Below are positions 22,221 through 31,940 of a stretch of 64,000 nucleotides of DNA, piece after piece (position 1 is the first letter of the stretch; the number at the start of each line of letters is the position of its first letter). The position numbers and the translations under genes are program-made. The notes beneath the pieces were generated by a model. The model had not been told where the DNA came from. It saw only the letters and a program-made list of their open reading frames with translations, and did no database searches. Location of the stretch: positions 2,294 to 66,293 of the forward strand of contig CACNFY010000007.1 of assembly GCA_902619925.1 (NCBI GenBank). Reading direction: 5' to 3'. The DNA comes from an uncultured Pelagibacteraceae bacterium (lineage in GTDB: Bacteria; Pseudomonadota; Alphaproteobacteria; Pelagibacterales; Pelagibacteraceae).

Positions 22221-22394
22221 ATTTTTATTTTAATTTAAGTAAATAAATATTTACTAAACATTATTTTTTTAAAATTAATCAAACTTTAAGTTGTATTCTA
22301 GTAATAATTTTACAAGCATAGATTACAAATTTTTTTATGTTTAATAAAATTTTTATTGAAGAAAAACTTATTAATGTCTTAATTAGTTTATCTA

Positions 22395-23810
22395 ATGGAA
22401 AATAACTTACACGAAGATTCAGCTCATCTTTTTACAAAAAAAATTTTTTGGACAGAAATACAAAAAAATTTCAAGGATAAATTTGGTTTAGAAATTTACG
22501 AAAGTTGGTTAAAAAAAATAGAATTTGTAGAGGAGCAAAATAATTACATTACACTTTCAGTTACTACAAGATTCATTCGAGATTGGATTACCTCAAGATA
22601 TCTTGATCAAATATTACAAATTTTAAAAAAACAAAAAAAAGAACTAATTCGTATAGAGTTTGTAATTGCAAATAATTTAGAAAAAAAAAATAATAACATA
22701 GCTAAAGTTAATTTAAGAAATGGTCAGGAACAGAATGTATCTTTTATCAAAGATTCATATCTTCAATACAACAGAATAGATCCTAACAAAAATTTTGATA
22801 ATTTTATAACAGGAGAGAGCAATAAACTTGCATTTGAAGCTTCAAAAAAAGTTTCTCAAGATATTTCCCACTATAATCCTCTTTATTTATATGGTGGTGT
22901 CGGAATGGGGAAAACACACCTACTTAATTCAATCGGATTAAAAATTAAAGAAACTAACAAAGTGATGTTCATATCAGCTGAAAGATTCATGTACCAGTTT
23001 GTGAAATCAATTAAATCAAATGAAATGGTTAAATTTAAAGATTTTTTTAGAAATACTGATGTTTTATTGATAGATGACATACAATTTATGAACGGAAAAG
23101 AGGCAATGCAAGAGGAGTTTTTTCACACTTTTAATGCTTTGTTGGATAAGGGTTCACAAATAGTAGTATCCGCAGACAGACCACCAAGTAAATTACAACG
23201 AATTCAAGAAAGAATAAGATCAAGATTTTCAGGTGGACTTGTAGTCGATATACAAGATCCAGATTATGAACTCAGATATAAAATAATTAATAAGAAATCT
23301 GATGAATTAAAATTAATTAGCGCAAATACTTTGAATATACCTGATGATATTAAAAAATTTATAAGTTCTGAAATTAGAACAAGCATAAGAGAATTGATTG
23401 GATCTTTAAATAGAATTGCATCTTTTTCAAAAATTTATAATAAAATACCTAATTTGGTTGAGACAAAAATTATTTTAAAAGATTTAATAAATATACATGA
23501 AAATAAAGTTTCTATAGATTTTATACAAACAGAAGTTTGTAAGTTTTTTAAAATTAGTAAAAATGAAATGTTATCAGCTAGAAGATCAAGGTATCTCGTA
23601 AGGCCTAGACAAACTGCAATTTATTTAGCCAAATCCCTCACAACAAAATCACTTCCTGAAATAGGAAGAGCTTTTTCGAATAGAGATCATACAACGGTAA
23701 TACATTCAGTTAAAACGATTGATAGATTAAGGAAAAATGATAATGAATTATGTGGAAATATTGAAAGCTTAAAAAATAAAATCTTATTTAAAAAAGAAAA
23801 TGAAATTTAG
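22395..23810 (+). CDS. dnaA: chromosomal replication initiator DnaA
   Basis: YNPLYLYGGVGMGKTHLL, IDDIQF, QEEFFHTFN, RDHTTVIH. Confidence 0.98.
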   Translation: MENNLHEDSAHLFTKKIFWTEIQKNFKDKFGLEIYESWLKKIEFVEEQNNYITLSVTTRFIRDWITSRYLDQILQILKKQKKELIRIEFVIANNLEKKNNNIAKVNLRNGQEQNVSFIKDSYLQYNRIDPNKNFDNFITGESNKLAFEASKKVSQDISHYNPLYLYGGVGMGKTHLLNSIGLKIKETNKVMFISAERFMYQFVKSIKSNEMVKFKDFFRNTDVLLIDDIQFMNGKEAMQEEFFHTFNALLDKGSQIVVSADRPPSKLQRIQERIRSRFSGGLVVDIQDPDYELRYKIINKKSDELKLISANTLNIPDDIKKFISSEIRTSIRELIGSLNRIASFSKIYNKIPNLVETKIILKDLINIHENKVSIDFIQTEVCKFFKISKNEMLSARRSRYLVRPRQTAIYLAKSLTTKSLPEIGRAFSNRDHTTVIHSVKTIDRLRKNDNELCGNIESLKNKILFKKENEI

Positions 23811-24912
23811 CGTAAATCAACAAGATATACAAAAATCTCTTAATTATTGCCAAGGAGTTATAGAAAAAAGAAGTACGCTGCCCATTTTATCAAATGTTTT
23901 ATTAAATGTATCCAATTCTGAGTTAACACTTACAGCAACCGATTTAGATTTGATCTTTATTCATAAAATAAAAAACATAAAAATTGAAGAGGAGGGAAAA
24001 ACCACAACATCATCATCTATTATGTATGATATTGTAAGGAAAATATCTACAGGAAAAAATATTACATTTTCAGATGTTGGAGAAGCTAAACTGAATTTAG
24101 AATCAGAAAATTCAGTATTCAATCTAAACTGTATTAATCCGTCAGAATTTCCTTTGACAGATGAAAATTTCAACCAAAACGAATTTTTAATAAATTCCAA
24201 AAGCCTGCTTAAGTTATTGAACAAATGTAAATTCTCTGTCTCAAATGACGATACAAGGCATTATTTAACGGGTATTTTTTTTCATACCACTTCTATAAAT
24301 GATAAATCTTATTTAACAGCAGCTGCTACTGATAGCCATAGAATGTCTGTTTCAAAAGTTAAGTTAAAAAATAATATTGAATTTGAACCAATTATCTTGC
24401 CCAAAAAAACAATCTTTCAACTTTGTTCCCTTTTGGAGGACTATGAGGGTGATGTTAAAGTTTCCAATATAAAAACTAAAATCAAATTTGAATTAAACAA
24501 TAGTATATTAATATCAAAATTAATTGATGGAAAATTTCCTAATTATGTTCAAGTTATTCCAAAAGAAAATCAAAAAAAACTAGAAGTTGATTTAAAATTA
24601 TTTATGAATTCTGTAGATAGAGTTGCGTCAGTATCATTGGATAAAAAAGATGGGGTAAAATTTAAATTATCAAAGGATAATTTGGATTTGTCAGTAAATA
24701 ATACAAATAGTGGTGATGGAAACGAAAATTTAAGTGTTAAATTTGATCATGATCTAGACATTAGTTTTAACTCAAGATACCTAATTGACATTGGTTCTCA
24801 GCTTGAGGGCGATAACATTGAAATATTCTTAAAAGATACTGGATCTCCTGCACTTATAAAGGATCCCTCAGATTTTGATAGTATTTATGTAGTCATGCCA
24901 ATGAAAGGCTAA
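23800..24912 (+). CDS. dnaN: DNA polymerase III beta clamp
   Basis: TLPILSN, ATDLD, ATDSHR, SKLIDGKFPNY, VVMPMK. Confidence 0.97.
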   Translation: MKFSVNQQDIQKSLNYCQGVIEKRSTLPILSNVLLNVSNSELTLTATDLDLIFIHKIKNIKIEEEGKTTTSSSIMYDIVRKISTGKNITFSDVGEAKLNLESENSVFNLNCINPSEFPLTDENFNQNEFLINSKSLLKLLNKCKFSVSNDDTRHYLTGIFFHTTSINDKSYLTAAATDSHRMSVSKVKLKNNIEFEPIILPKKTIFQLCSLLEDYEGDVKVSNIKTKIKFELNNSILISKLIDGKFPNYVQVIPKENQKKLEVDLKLFMNSVDRVASVSLDKKDGVKFKLSKDNLDLSVNNTNSGDGNENLSVKFDHDLDISFNSRYLIDIGSQLEGDNIEIFLKDTGSPALIKDPSDFDSIYVVMPMKG

Positions 24913-25619
24913 CTTAATTTATCAAGTTCTAAATACATAGATTTTTCTAGTTCTTCCAGAAAAAATGTTTCATCTAACTTTTGATTAAATGGTTTTAATA
25001 TCGAAATATTTAAATTTTTATTTGATAAAACTCTGCCATTTTTAGGCCAAACATCTCCAGAGTTCATTACTATAGGTAGGCATTTTAATCCTAAGTTATA
25101 TATTCTTGAAACCCCCTTTTTAAATTTAGGTCTTTCTTTAGTACTATACCTTTTGCCCTGTGGAAAAATTACTAATGGATTATTTGAATTTTCCACAGAT
25201 TTTTCAATTTTTTCAAAAAAATTAATGTTGTCTTTGCTTATCTTGTCTCTATCAATCCAAATACAACCAATTTTTTTTAAATAGTTTCCAAATATTGGAA
25301 TTTTTGTGAGCTCTTTTTTAATTATAAAATAGGGAGAATTTAAGATTACTTGTAAATAAAAAGTTTCAAAAGCGGATTGATGAGTGCATGCTACAAAAAA
25401 TTTTTCATTTTTAATTATATTTTCTAATCCACTAACGTTTATTTTTGTACCTAAGAATATCTTTAGGCAAATGATTGACCAATAACCACTTAATCTACCT
25501 GCAAATACTGCTATTTTTTTCGGGAAAATTAATGAAGGTAAAAAAATTATACAAAGTAAAATTAGCCCAATATAAAAAAAAAATTTAAATAAAAAACTTC
25601 TAATCATTAATGCTTTCAA
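24909..25619 (-). CDS. plsC: 1-acyl-sn-glycerol-3-phosphate acyltransferase
   Basis: HQSAFE (HxxxxD/E) motif, IFPQG, KFKKG. Confidence 0.8.
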   Translation of the reverse strand: MKALMIRSFLFKFFFYIGLILLCIIFLPSLIFPKKIAVFAGRLSGYWSIICLKIFLGTKINVSGLENIIKNEKFFVACTHQSAFETFYLQVILNSPYFIIKKELTKIPIFGNYLKKIGCIWIDRDKISKDNINFFEKIEKSVENSNNPLVIFPQGKRYSTKERPKFKKGVSRIYNLGLKCLPIVMNSGDVWPKNGRVLSNKNLNISILKPFNQKLDETFFLEELEKSMYLELDKLS

Positions 25620-26830
25620 ACAATGTCATTAATTCTTTGTCTTTTTTTAATAATTATATTTTTTGATCCCCTAATTAATACCTCTGCTGGTTTTGGTCTC
25701 AAATTATAATTAGATGATAAAACCATACCATAAGCACCAACATCATGAATTATAAGTATATCTCCTTGTTCGATTTTTTGATATTTTTTTGTTAATAAGA
25801 ATTTATCTGAAGTTTCACAAATAGGTCCAACAAATTCATGTAATTTATTAATAAACGAATTTTTTTTTTCAGATGGAGATATCCTATGTTTTGCGTCATA
25901 TAAAGCTGGACGAATTAAGTCATTCATTGCTGCATCTAATATGATAAAATTTTTTTGTTTTGTTTGTTTAATATATATTATTTTTGATAATAAAATTCCA
26001 GCATCACCAATTATAAATCGACCTGGTTCAAAAATAACTTTTAAATTAGTTTTTTTTAAAAAACTTTTAATTTGGGACGAGTAACTATTTAAATCTAGTT
26101 TTTTTTGATTTAAGTTATATTTTATGCCCATTCCTCCACCTAAATCAACGTATTCAAAATTGTAATTATTATTCCTTATTGTATTTTTAATTACTCTAAG
26201 CATTTTTTCATAAGGTCTATTAGAGGTAATTTGGCTACCAATATGAACACTTAAACATTTAATCTTCAAATATTTCGAGTTTTTAAAATTTTTAATAATC
26301 CTCTTAAAAATTTTTTGACTTACACCAAATTTGTCTTCTTTCTTTCCTGTTGATATTTTACTTAATGTCTGAGCATTAGTATCAGGATTTAGTCTTAAGC
26401 CAATATTGACCAAAGTTTTTTTTCTTTTTGCAATTTTTTCAATCTCAATTATTTCATTTTCTGACTCAGCATTTATAAGCAATATTCTTTTATTTATTGC
26501 AAAATCTAACTCTTCAATGGTTTTCCCTACACCGGAAAAAACTATTTTTTTTGGATTTATCCCTGCTTTTAAAGCAATCATTAGTTCACCCATCGATACA
26601 ACATCAGCACCTAAACCTTGGTTTTTGATAATTCTCAAAATATTTATATTACAATTTGATTTTACAGAAAAACAAATTAAAGGATTAATAGATTTAAAAC
26701 TTTTCTTAAAATTATTTATATTTTGTTCTATCTTTTTTAAAGAATAAACATATACAGGTGTACCAAATTTTTTAGCAATTTTATTTACACTAGTTTTTTC
26801 AACAAAAAATCTTTTATTTATATAATTCAT
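25616..26830 (-). CDS. lysA: diaminopimelate decarboxylase
   Basis: FSVKSN, HIGSQI, DLGGG, EPGR, GPICETSD, GAYG. Confidence 0.96.
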   Translation of the reverse strand: MNYINKRFFVEKTSVNKIAKKFGTPVYVYSLKKIEQNINNFKKSFKSINPLICFSVKSNCNINILRIIKNQGLGADVVSMGELMIALKAGINPKKIVFSGVGKTIEELDFAINKRILLINAESENEIIEIEKIAKRKKTLVNIGLRLNPDTNAQTLSKISTGKKEDKFGVSQKIFKRIIKNFKNSKYLKIKCLSVHIGSQITSNRPYEKMLRVIKNTIRNNNYNFEYVDLGGGMGIKYNLNQKKLDLNSYSSQIKSFLKKTNLKVIFEPGRFIIGDAGILLSKIIYIKQTKQKNFIILDAAMNDLIRPALYDAKHRISPSEKKNSFINKLHEFVGPICETSDKFLLTKKYQKIEQGDILIIHDVGAYGMVLSSNYNLRPKPAEVLIRGSKNIIIKKRQRINDIV

Positions 26831-26946
26831 TAAATGATTTTTTTATTTTCAGTTATAAAAGTTTCTTGTTTAAACTCTGGATCACTTTTTTTTCCACAAG
26901 TTACTAATAAGTTAAAAATAATTAAACAAAATATTAATATTTTCAT
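26830..26946 (-). CDS. small lipoprotein, LptM/YifL-like, 38 aa (MKILIFCLIIFNLLVTCGKKSDPEFKQETFITENKKII)
   Basis: Translated by hand. Signal peptide plus lipobox LVT-C then GKK; ATGA overlap with the argH stop and TAATG overlap with the lysA start. Confidence 0.75.
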   Translation of the reverse strand: MKILIFCLIIFNLLVTCGKKSDPEFKQETFITENKKII

Positions 26947-28337
26947 TTCAATTCCTTTTTATAGTTTTTTAGCATTTTTTTTATATTATCAAAAGATGTC
27001 CCTCCAAGGGATTTTTTTGAGTCTACAGATCTCTTTAAATCAAATATCTCTAGGACATCTTCATTTAATTTTGGCTCTATCTTTTTAATCTCTTTAATTT
27101 TGAGATCCTTAAACGATTTCTTATTTTGGTCACAGTAATTAACCAGTTTTGCTGTAATGTTATAAGATTTTCTAAAAGGATAATTAAGTTTTCTAACAAT
27201 ATAATCTGCTAAATCAGTTGCTGTTAGAAATCCTGTTTCTGCTAGCTCAGCCATTTTTTTTTTGTTAAATTTAATATTTCTTAATATTTCGTTTAATAAC
27301 AAAATACACGTTTTTAAATTATCAAAAGTTTCAAAAATTATTTTCTTATCATCTTGAAGGTCTTTAAAATATGTAAGGGGAAGTCCTTTTAATATAGTGA
27401 GCATTGATACTAAGTTTCCATATATTATTCCTGTTTGCCCTCTTAAGTACTCTAAAGAGTCTGGATTCTTTTTTTGTGGCATAATCGACGAACCAGTGAC
27501 CAATTTGTCATTAAGTTCGATAAGTTCAAATGCATCTGAATTCCAAATAATTAATTCTTCAGATAGTCTTGAAATATGCATAGAACACATAGATGCAGCA
27601 TAAATAAAATCTACAACAAAGTCTCTATCAGATACGGTATCTATTGAATTTCTAGTAGGTTTTAAAAAATTTAATTTTTTAGTTGTGAAATTTCTGTCCA
27701 AGTTAAAACTTGTACCACTAAGTGCTGCTACACCTAGAGGATTTTCGTTTAAACTTCTTAAATTATCTTTAAATTTTTTTTTATCTCTCTCAAATACCTC
27801 TATGTATGCCGTAAGATAATGGCTAAGAGAAATTGGTTGGGCATTTTTTAAATGAGTAAATCCTGGCATAATACTATAAACATTTTTTTCTGCTAATTTT
27901 AAAAATGTTTTTTGTAAAGATTTAAGACTATCAATTATCTCATTTGTACTTTTTTTCATCCAAACTTTTAAATCAGTAACTACCTGGTCATTTCTAGATC
28001 TGCCAGTATGAATATAACCCGCATCATCTCCAATTATTTCGTGTAGCCTTTTCTCAATACTCATGTGTATATCTTCATCTTCAGCTTTGAATATGTATTT
28101 TTTTTTTATTATTTCATTTTTAATTTTGTTCAAACCAAAGAAAATTTTGTTTTTAACTTTAAATGATATTATTTTTTGTTTGAAAAGCATATCTACATGA
28201 ACTAACGAACAATTTATATCCTCTTTGTATAATCTTTTATCCACATTTATAGAGGATCCAATTTTATCAAAAAATGAGTTTTTCTTTTTTTTAATTCTAG
28301 ACGACCAAACTGACTGATTGTTTTTATTTTTTGCCAT
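26943..28337 (-). CDS. argH: argininosuccinate lyase
   Basis: HTGRSRNDQV, MPGFTHL, GSSIMPQKKNPD. Confidence 0.97.
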   Translation of the reverse strand: MAKNKNNQSVWSSRIKKKKNSFFDKIGSSINVDKRLYKEDINCSLVHVDMLFKQKIISFKVKNKIFFGLNKIKNEIIKKKYIFKAEDEDIHMSIEKRLHEIIGDDAGYIHTGRSRNDQVVTDLKVWMKKSTNEIIDSLKSLQKTFLKLAEKNVYSIMPGFTHLKNAQPISLSHYLTAYIEVFERDKKKFKDNLRSLNENPLGVAALSGTSFNLDRNFTTKKLNFLKPTRNSIDTVSDRDFVVDFIYAASMCSMHISRLSEELIIWNSDAFELIELNDKLVTGSSIMPQKKNPDSLEYLRGQTGIIYGNLVSMLTILKGLPLTYFKDLQDDKKIIFETFDNLKTCILLLNEILRNIKFNKKKMAELAETGFLTATDLADYIVRKLNYPFRKSYNITAKLVNYCDQNKKSFKDLKIKEIKKIEPKLNEDVLEIFDLKRSVDSKKSLGGTSFDNIKKMLKNYKKELK

Positions 28338-28355
28338 GATAAATAAACAGTTTAT

Positions 28356-28883
28356 ATGAAGCTATCTTTTTTTAAAATTATTTTTATATTTTATTTAATA
28401 TCACCAACATATACATATTCAATAGAACAACCTGTTTTTAAAAATTTAGTAATACATAAAAAAGCTAAAAAACTTGATTTTATAGAGTTTAAAAACATCG
28501 AAAATAAAGAACATACTTTATCAAAATTTGAAAATAAATTAGTAATCCTGAACTTTTGGGCAACATGGTGTGCTCCATGTAGAGATGAAATGCCGTCTTT
28601 AGATCGGCTTAAATCTAGAAAGGATTTTAATAATTTACATGTAATACCCATAAATATTGGTCGTGAAGAATTATTGAAATCAATAGAATTTTTTAAACAA
28701 ATTAATATAAAGAATCTTGATATTTACTATGATGATAAAATGATATTACCAAAAAAACTTATGTTAAGAGGAGTACCTACGTCAATAATCGTAAACAAAA
28801 AAGGAGAAGAAGTAGCAAGAATTATTGGATCAGCTAATTTTGATGACAAAAAATTTATAAATTGGTTGAAAAAGTTCGACTAA
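28356..28883 (+). CDS. tlpA: TlpA-family thiol:disulfide oxidoreductase
   Basis: N-terminal anchor, NFWATWCAPC, GVPT; divergent from argH. Confidence 0.8.
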   Translation: MKLSFFKIIFIFYLISPTYTYSIEQPVFKNLVIHKKAKKLDFIEFKNIENKEHTLSKFENKLVILNFWATWCAPCRDEMPSLDRLKSRKDFNNLHVIPINIGREELLKSIEFFKQINIKNLDIYYDDKMILPKKLMLRGVPTSIIVNKKGEEVARIIGSANFDDKKFINWLKKFD

Positions 28884-28887
28884 AAAT

Positions 28888-29544
28888 ATGAAAAAATTTA
28901 TATTAGATAGCACCGTGATTAGCCCAGAAAAAAATTTTGAAATAAAAAATGCTATAATATTACTTCACGGATATGGAGGTGATGGAAGTGACATAAGTAT
29001 GTTAGCATACAATTGGAAAAGACATTTGAGCAATACAATATTTATATGCCCTAATGGTCATGAAACTTGTGGAATAAATCCTGGTGGTTATCAATGGTTT
29101 GATCTCTCAATAGATGAGGAGGGTTATATTTTAGAACAATCGTTAAAAGCTGAAAATATTTTAAACGAATTTATTAAAGAAGTAAAAAATGAGTTTAATT
29201 TGAAAAATAATCAAATTTGCCTATCCGGATTTAGTCAAGGATGTATGATGTCGATAAATTTAGGCTTAGTGTCTGAAAGTGAATATAATTGTATTGTTGG
29301 TTTTTCAGGAAAAATTATTAATAAAAAAAATCTCGAACATAGAATTAAAACAAGACCTAAAATTTTACTCATACATGGTGATATGGATACTATTGTCCCA
29401 CCCAATAACCTACTTGAATCAAAAGATTTTCTTTTAAGACAAAAAATTGATGTTAATACAAAAATTATACAAAATTGTGAACATAATATACCTGCACAAG
29501 CCTCAAGTTTAGCTTTAGATTTTATCTCTAAAAATTTAAATTAA
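28888..29544 (+). CDS. phospholipase/carboxylesterase (alpha/beta hydrolase)
   Basis: LLHGYG, GFSQG nucleophile elbow, HGDMD. Confidence 0.88.
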   Translation: MKKFILDSTVISPEKNFEIKNAIILLHGYGGDGSDISMLAYNWKRHLSNTIFICPNGHETCGINPGGYQWFDLSIDEEGYILEQSLKAENILNEFIKEVKNEFNLKNNQICLSGFSQGCMMSINLGLVSESEYNCIVGFSGKIINKKNLEHRIKTRPKILLIHGDMDTIVPPNNLLESKDFLLRQKIDVNTKIIQNCEHNIPAQASSLALDFISKNLN

Positions 29545-29576
29545 AAATTTCTGATCTTTTTTTATAATTTGTTTCA

Positions 29577-29605
29577 TTGAAAAATATTTTTTAATAGGTT
29601 AATCT
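29577..29605 (+). promoter_or_regulatory. putative sigma70 promoter of the HNH gene (leaderless geometry)
   Basis: TTGAAA-N17-TAATCT, ATG 5 nt downstream, no SD. Confidence 0.45.
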
Positions 29606-29610
29606 AACGA

Positions 29611-30180
29611 ATGTTTGAAACATCAGATACTAATCTTTCTTTAGAAAAATGCCCCGCTCTTGTTCTTAATGCCGATTACCGACCATTAAGTTATTATCCT
29701 TTATCTATTTGGTGCTGGCAAGATTCGATCAAGTCTGTATTTTTAAATAGAGTATCTATTGTAAGTTATTATGATAGAGTAATAAGAAGTCCTTCATTTA
29801 GCATGAAGCTTCCGAGTGTCATTGCTTTAAAATCTTTTGTTAAGCCGCTCTCAAATCCAAATTTTACAAGATTTAATGTTTTTTTAAGAGACAAATTTTC
29901 TTGCCAGTATTGTGGAAGTGGAAAAGAATTAACCTTTGATCATTTGCTTCCAAGATCTAAAGGGGGGAAAACAGATTGGGATAATGTTGTAACTGCATGT
30001 TCTAGTTGTAATGTTAAAAAAGGAGGTAGGTTATTTGAAAACTCTGGTATGACATTAAATCAAAGACCTTATAGACCGAGCACTGAGGATCTACAAAGAA
30101 ATGGAAAAAATTTTCCTCCTAATTTTTTACATAAAAGCTGGATGGATTATTTATATTGGGATGTAGAACTTGAGCCTTAA
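29611..30180 (+). CDS. HNH endonuclease
   Basis: RDKFSCQYCG, TFDHLLPRSKGG, NVVTACSSCNVKK. Confidence 0.9.
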   Translation: MFETSDTNLSLEKCPALVLNADYRPLSYYPLSIWCWQDSIKSVFLNRVSIVSYYDRVIRSPSFSMKLPSVIALKSFVKPLSNPNFTRFNVFLRDKFSCQYCGSGKELTFDHLLPRSKGGKTDWDNVVTACSSCNVKKGGRLFENSGMTLNQRPYRPSTEDLQRNGKNFPPNFLHKSWMDYLYWDVELEP

Positions 30181-30714
30181 TTATATCTTCTCTGAAATCC
30201 TAATTGCTATTTTTGAACCAGTTTTAATAACTTTATCTAATATAGAGTATATTCCTTTTTTTGAAGCACCTTCTTCATAGGCAATGTCTTTATGATGGAT
30301 TTCATCCTCTCTAAATTTAATAATTTTTTTTCTAAGCTCTTTTTCGTCTTCCTGTAGCTGATCTATTTGATCTTGGTAATGTTTATCTATTACCTCCTCT
30401 ACCGATGCAGTACAAAGCATTGCTGCTTTTTTTCCTAAAAGAGTTGTTCCAAAACCAAGCCCTACTCCCAATAGATCCCATAGAGGTAGAAATTTTGTAG
30501 GTTTAATCTCTCTTTTTTTAATTTCACTCTCAAAGAATTCACAATGCTCCTTTTCATGTTCTCTCATCTCTAAAATAGTTTTTTTTAGACTTTCGTCTTT
30601 ATAAATAGTATTTAGAGCAAGTAATTGACCCTCATAAATTTTGATTGCTCCTCTTTCACCAGCGTGGTCAACTCTTATAAATTCCTCTAGTTTTTTTTTA
30701 TTTGTTTTTTGCAT
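30181..30714 (-). CDS. coq7: demethoxyubiquinone hydroxylase Coq7
   Basis: IRVDHAGE, EKEH, VEEVIDKHY and DEIHH di-iron ligands. Confidence 0.92.
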   Translation of the reverse strand: MQKTNKKKLEEFIRVDHAGERGAIKIYEGQLLALNTIYKDESLKKTILEMREHEKEHCEFFESEIKKREIKPTKFLPLWDLLGVGLGFGTTLLGKKAAMLCTASVEEVIDKHYQDQIDQLQEDEKELRKKIIKFREDEIHHKDIAYEEGASKKGIYSILDKVIKTGSKIAIRISEKI

Positions 30715-31177
30715 ATTTTAAAAAAACAATAGTTACCACAACCACCGTTAATGAAAGTATAAGATTAATGGTCGCAAGTGAGAGACCAAATAATTTAATT
30801 GGAACCTCTTTACAAGGAATATTTTGATTTTTTAGTGAATTTAATAAATCCTCTTTACTTAAAATATCTAAATTATTCTTACATACTTTTAACTCTTCAA
30901 AAATACCATTTTCAATGCCCACATGATAACCAGAAATAATTATACTTAAAAAAAAGACTAATAATGATAAATAAATCCATAGTGGTCTTTTGATATACAT
31001 GTATCCTAAAAATGATATTAATAATGAAATCAAGTAAGGTATACGTTGGTATAAACAAAGTTTGCATGGTTTTATACCCATTACATATTCAATATAAAGA
31101 GCAATTATCAGTGATAATAAACTTATTAAAAATATTCCTAAAAAATAAAATTTTTTATTTATACCTAAATACATCAA
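30698..31177 (-). CDS. dsbB: disulfide bond formation protein DsbB family
   Basis: PCKLCLYQRIPY, 4 TM segments, second Cys pair. Confidence 0.88.
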   Translation of the reverse strand: MMYLGINKKFYFLGIFLISLLSLIIALYIEYVMGIKPCKLCLYQRIPYLISLLISFLGYMYIKRPLWIYLSLLVFFLSIIISGYHVGIENGIFEELKVCKNNLDILSKEDLLNSLKNQNIPCKEVPIKLFGLSLATINLILSLTVVVVTIVFLKYAKNK

Positions 31178-31782
31178 TTGCTAAATTTTAATAAAAAATT
31201 GTATGCCAAATATGCTAAAACGACTAAAAAAACTCCTAAAACTAATGATGCCGTTAATAACTTTTTCTCAATAATTTTTTTCATAGCTGGACCAAAATTA
31301 CCTATTAAAAATGATATTAAAAAAAATCTAGATCCTCTTGTTATTCCTGCTACAATTACGAAGTATAATAAGTTAAAACCTACAAACCCACTTGTAATTG
31401 TTAATAATTTAAACGGTACAGGGGTGAAGCCAGCTATTGCAAGAAGTGTCATCCAAGCTATCACACCTCCCTCGCTTGAAACTTTATCTTTTAAAAATGA
31501 AACATTATCTACACCATATAACTCAAAAATTTTTACTCCGATTTCGCTAAAAAAAATATACCCAATAAAATATCCTAATAAAGCTCCCATTACAGAACCA
31601 ACTGTTGCTGTCAAACCAATTCTGAACCAATCATTTTTTTTTGCAATAGTCATAGGGATAATAAGTACATCTGGAGGTATAGGAAAAATAAAGCTTTCAA
31701 TGAAAGAAACAAAACCGAGAATTGATTTAGAGCTTTTATGTCCCGCGAGTATTATAGTTTTTTCATATAAATTTTTAAACAT
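31174..31782 (-). CDS. YqaA/DedA family membrane protein
   Basis: SFIESFIFPIPPD, FTPVPFK; start moved to ATG 31782 because the longer ORF runs into the tRNA. Confidence 0.85.
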   Translation of the reverse strand: MFKNLYEKTIILAGHKSSKSILGFVSFIESFIFPIPPDVLIIPMTIAKKNDWFRIGLTATVGSVMGALLGYFIGYIFFSEIGVKIFELYGVDNVSFLKDKVSSEGGVIAWMTLLAIAGFTPVPFKLLTITSGFVGFNLLYFVIVAGITRGSRFFLISFLIGNFGPAMKKIIEKKLLTASLVLGVFLVVLAYLAYNFLLKFSN

Positions 31783-31846
31783 ATTTGCTTTTAATATAAA
31801 TATACTTCTTATACTATTTAAAATAAATTTGAGAAGTTTATAATCT

Positions 31847-31933
31847 GGGCGAATGGCGGAATTGGTAGACGCGTTGGACTCAAAATCCAATAGTAGCAAT
31901 ACTGTGAGAGTTCGATTCTCTCTTTGCCCACCA
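31847..31933 (+). tRNA. tRNA-Leu(CAA)
   Basis: GGGCGAA acceptor stem, TTGGA-CTCAAAA-TCCAA anticodon arm, long variable arm, GTTCGA T-loop, encoded CCA. Confidence 0.95.
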
Positions 31934-31940
31934 AAATATT

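Noticed and set aside
22074-22394. AT-rich rpsT-dnaA spacer as oriC
   Set aside because: No convincing TTATCCACA-like DnaA boxes seen; alphaproteobacterial origins are often unlinked to dnaA
29611-30180. HNH nuclease as a defence system or homing element
   Set aside because: No methylase, repeats, intron or integrase nearby; it resembles the stand-alone HNH common in alphaproteobacterial core regions
31178-31843. 221-aa plus-strand ORF
   Set aside because: Antisense shadow of the YqaA/DedA gene, with no recognisable motifs
31847-31933. tRNA-Leu (and tRNA-Arg at 40724-40800) as integration sites
   Set aside because: No integrase and no duplicated tRNA 3' end noticed in the window
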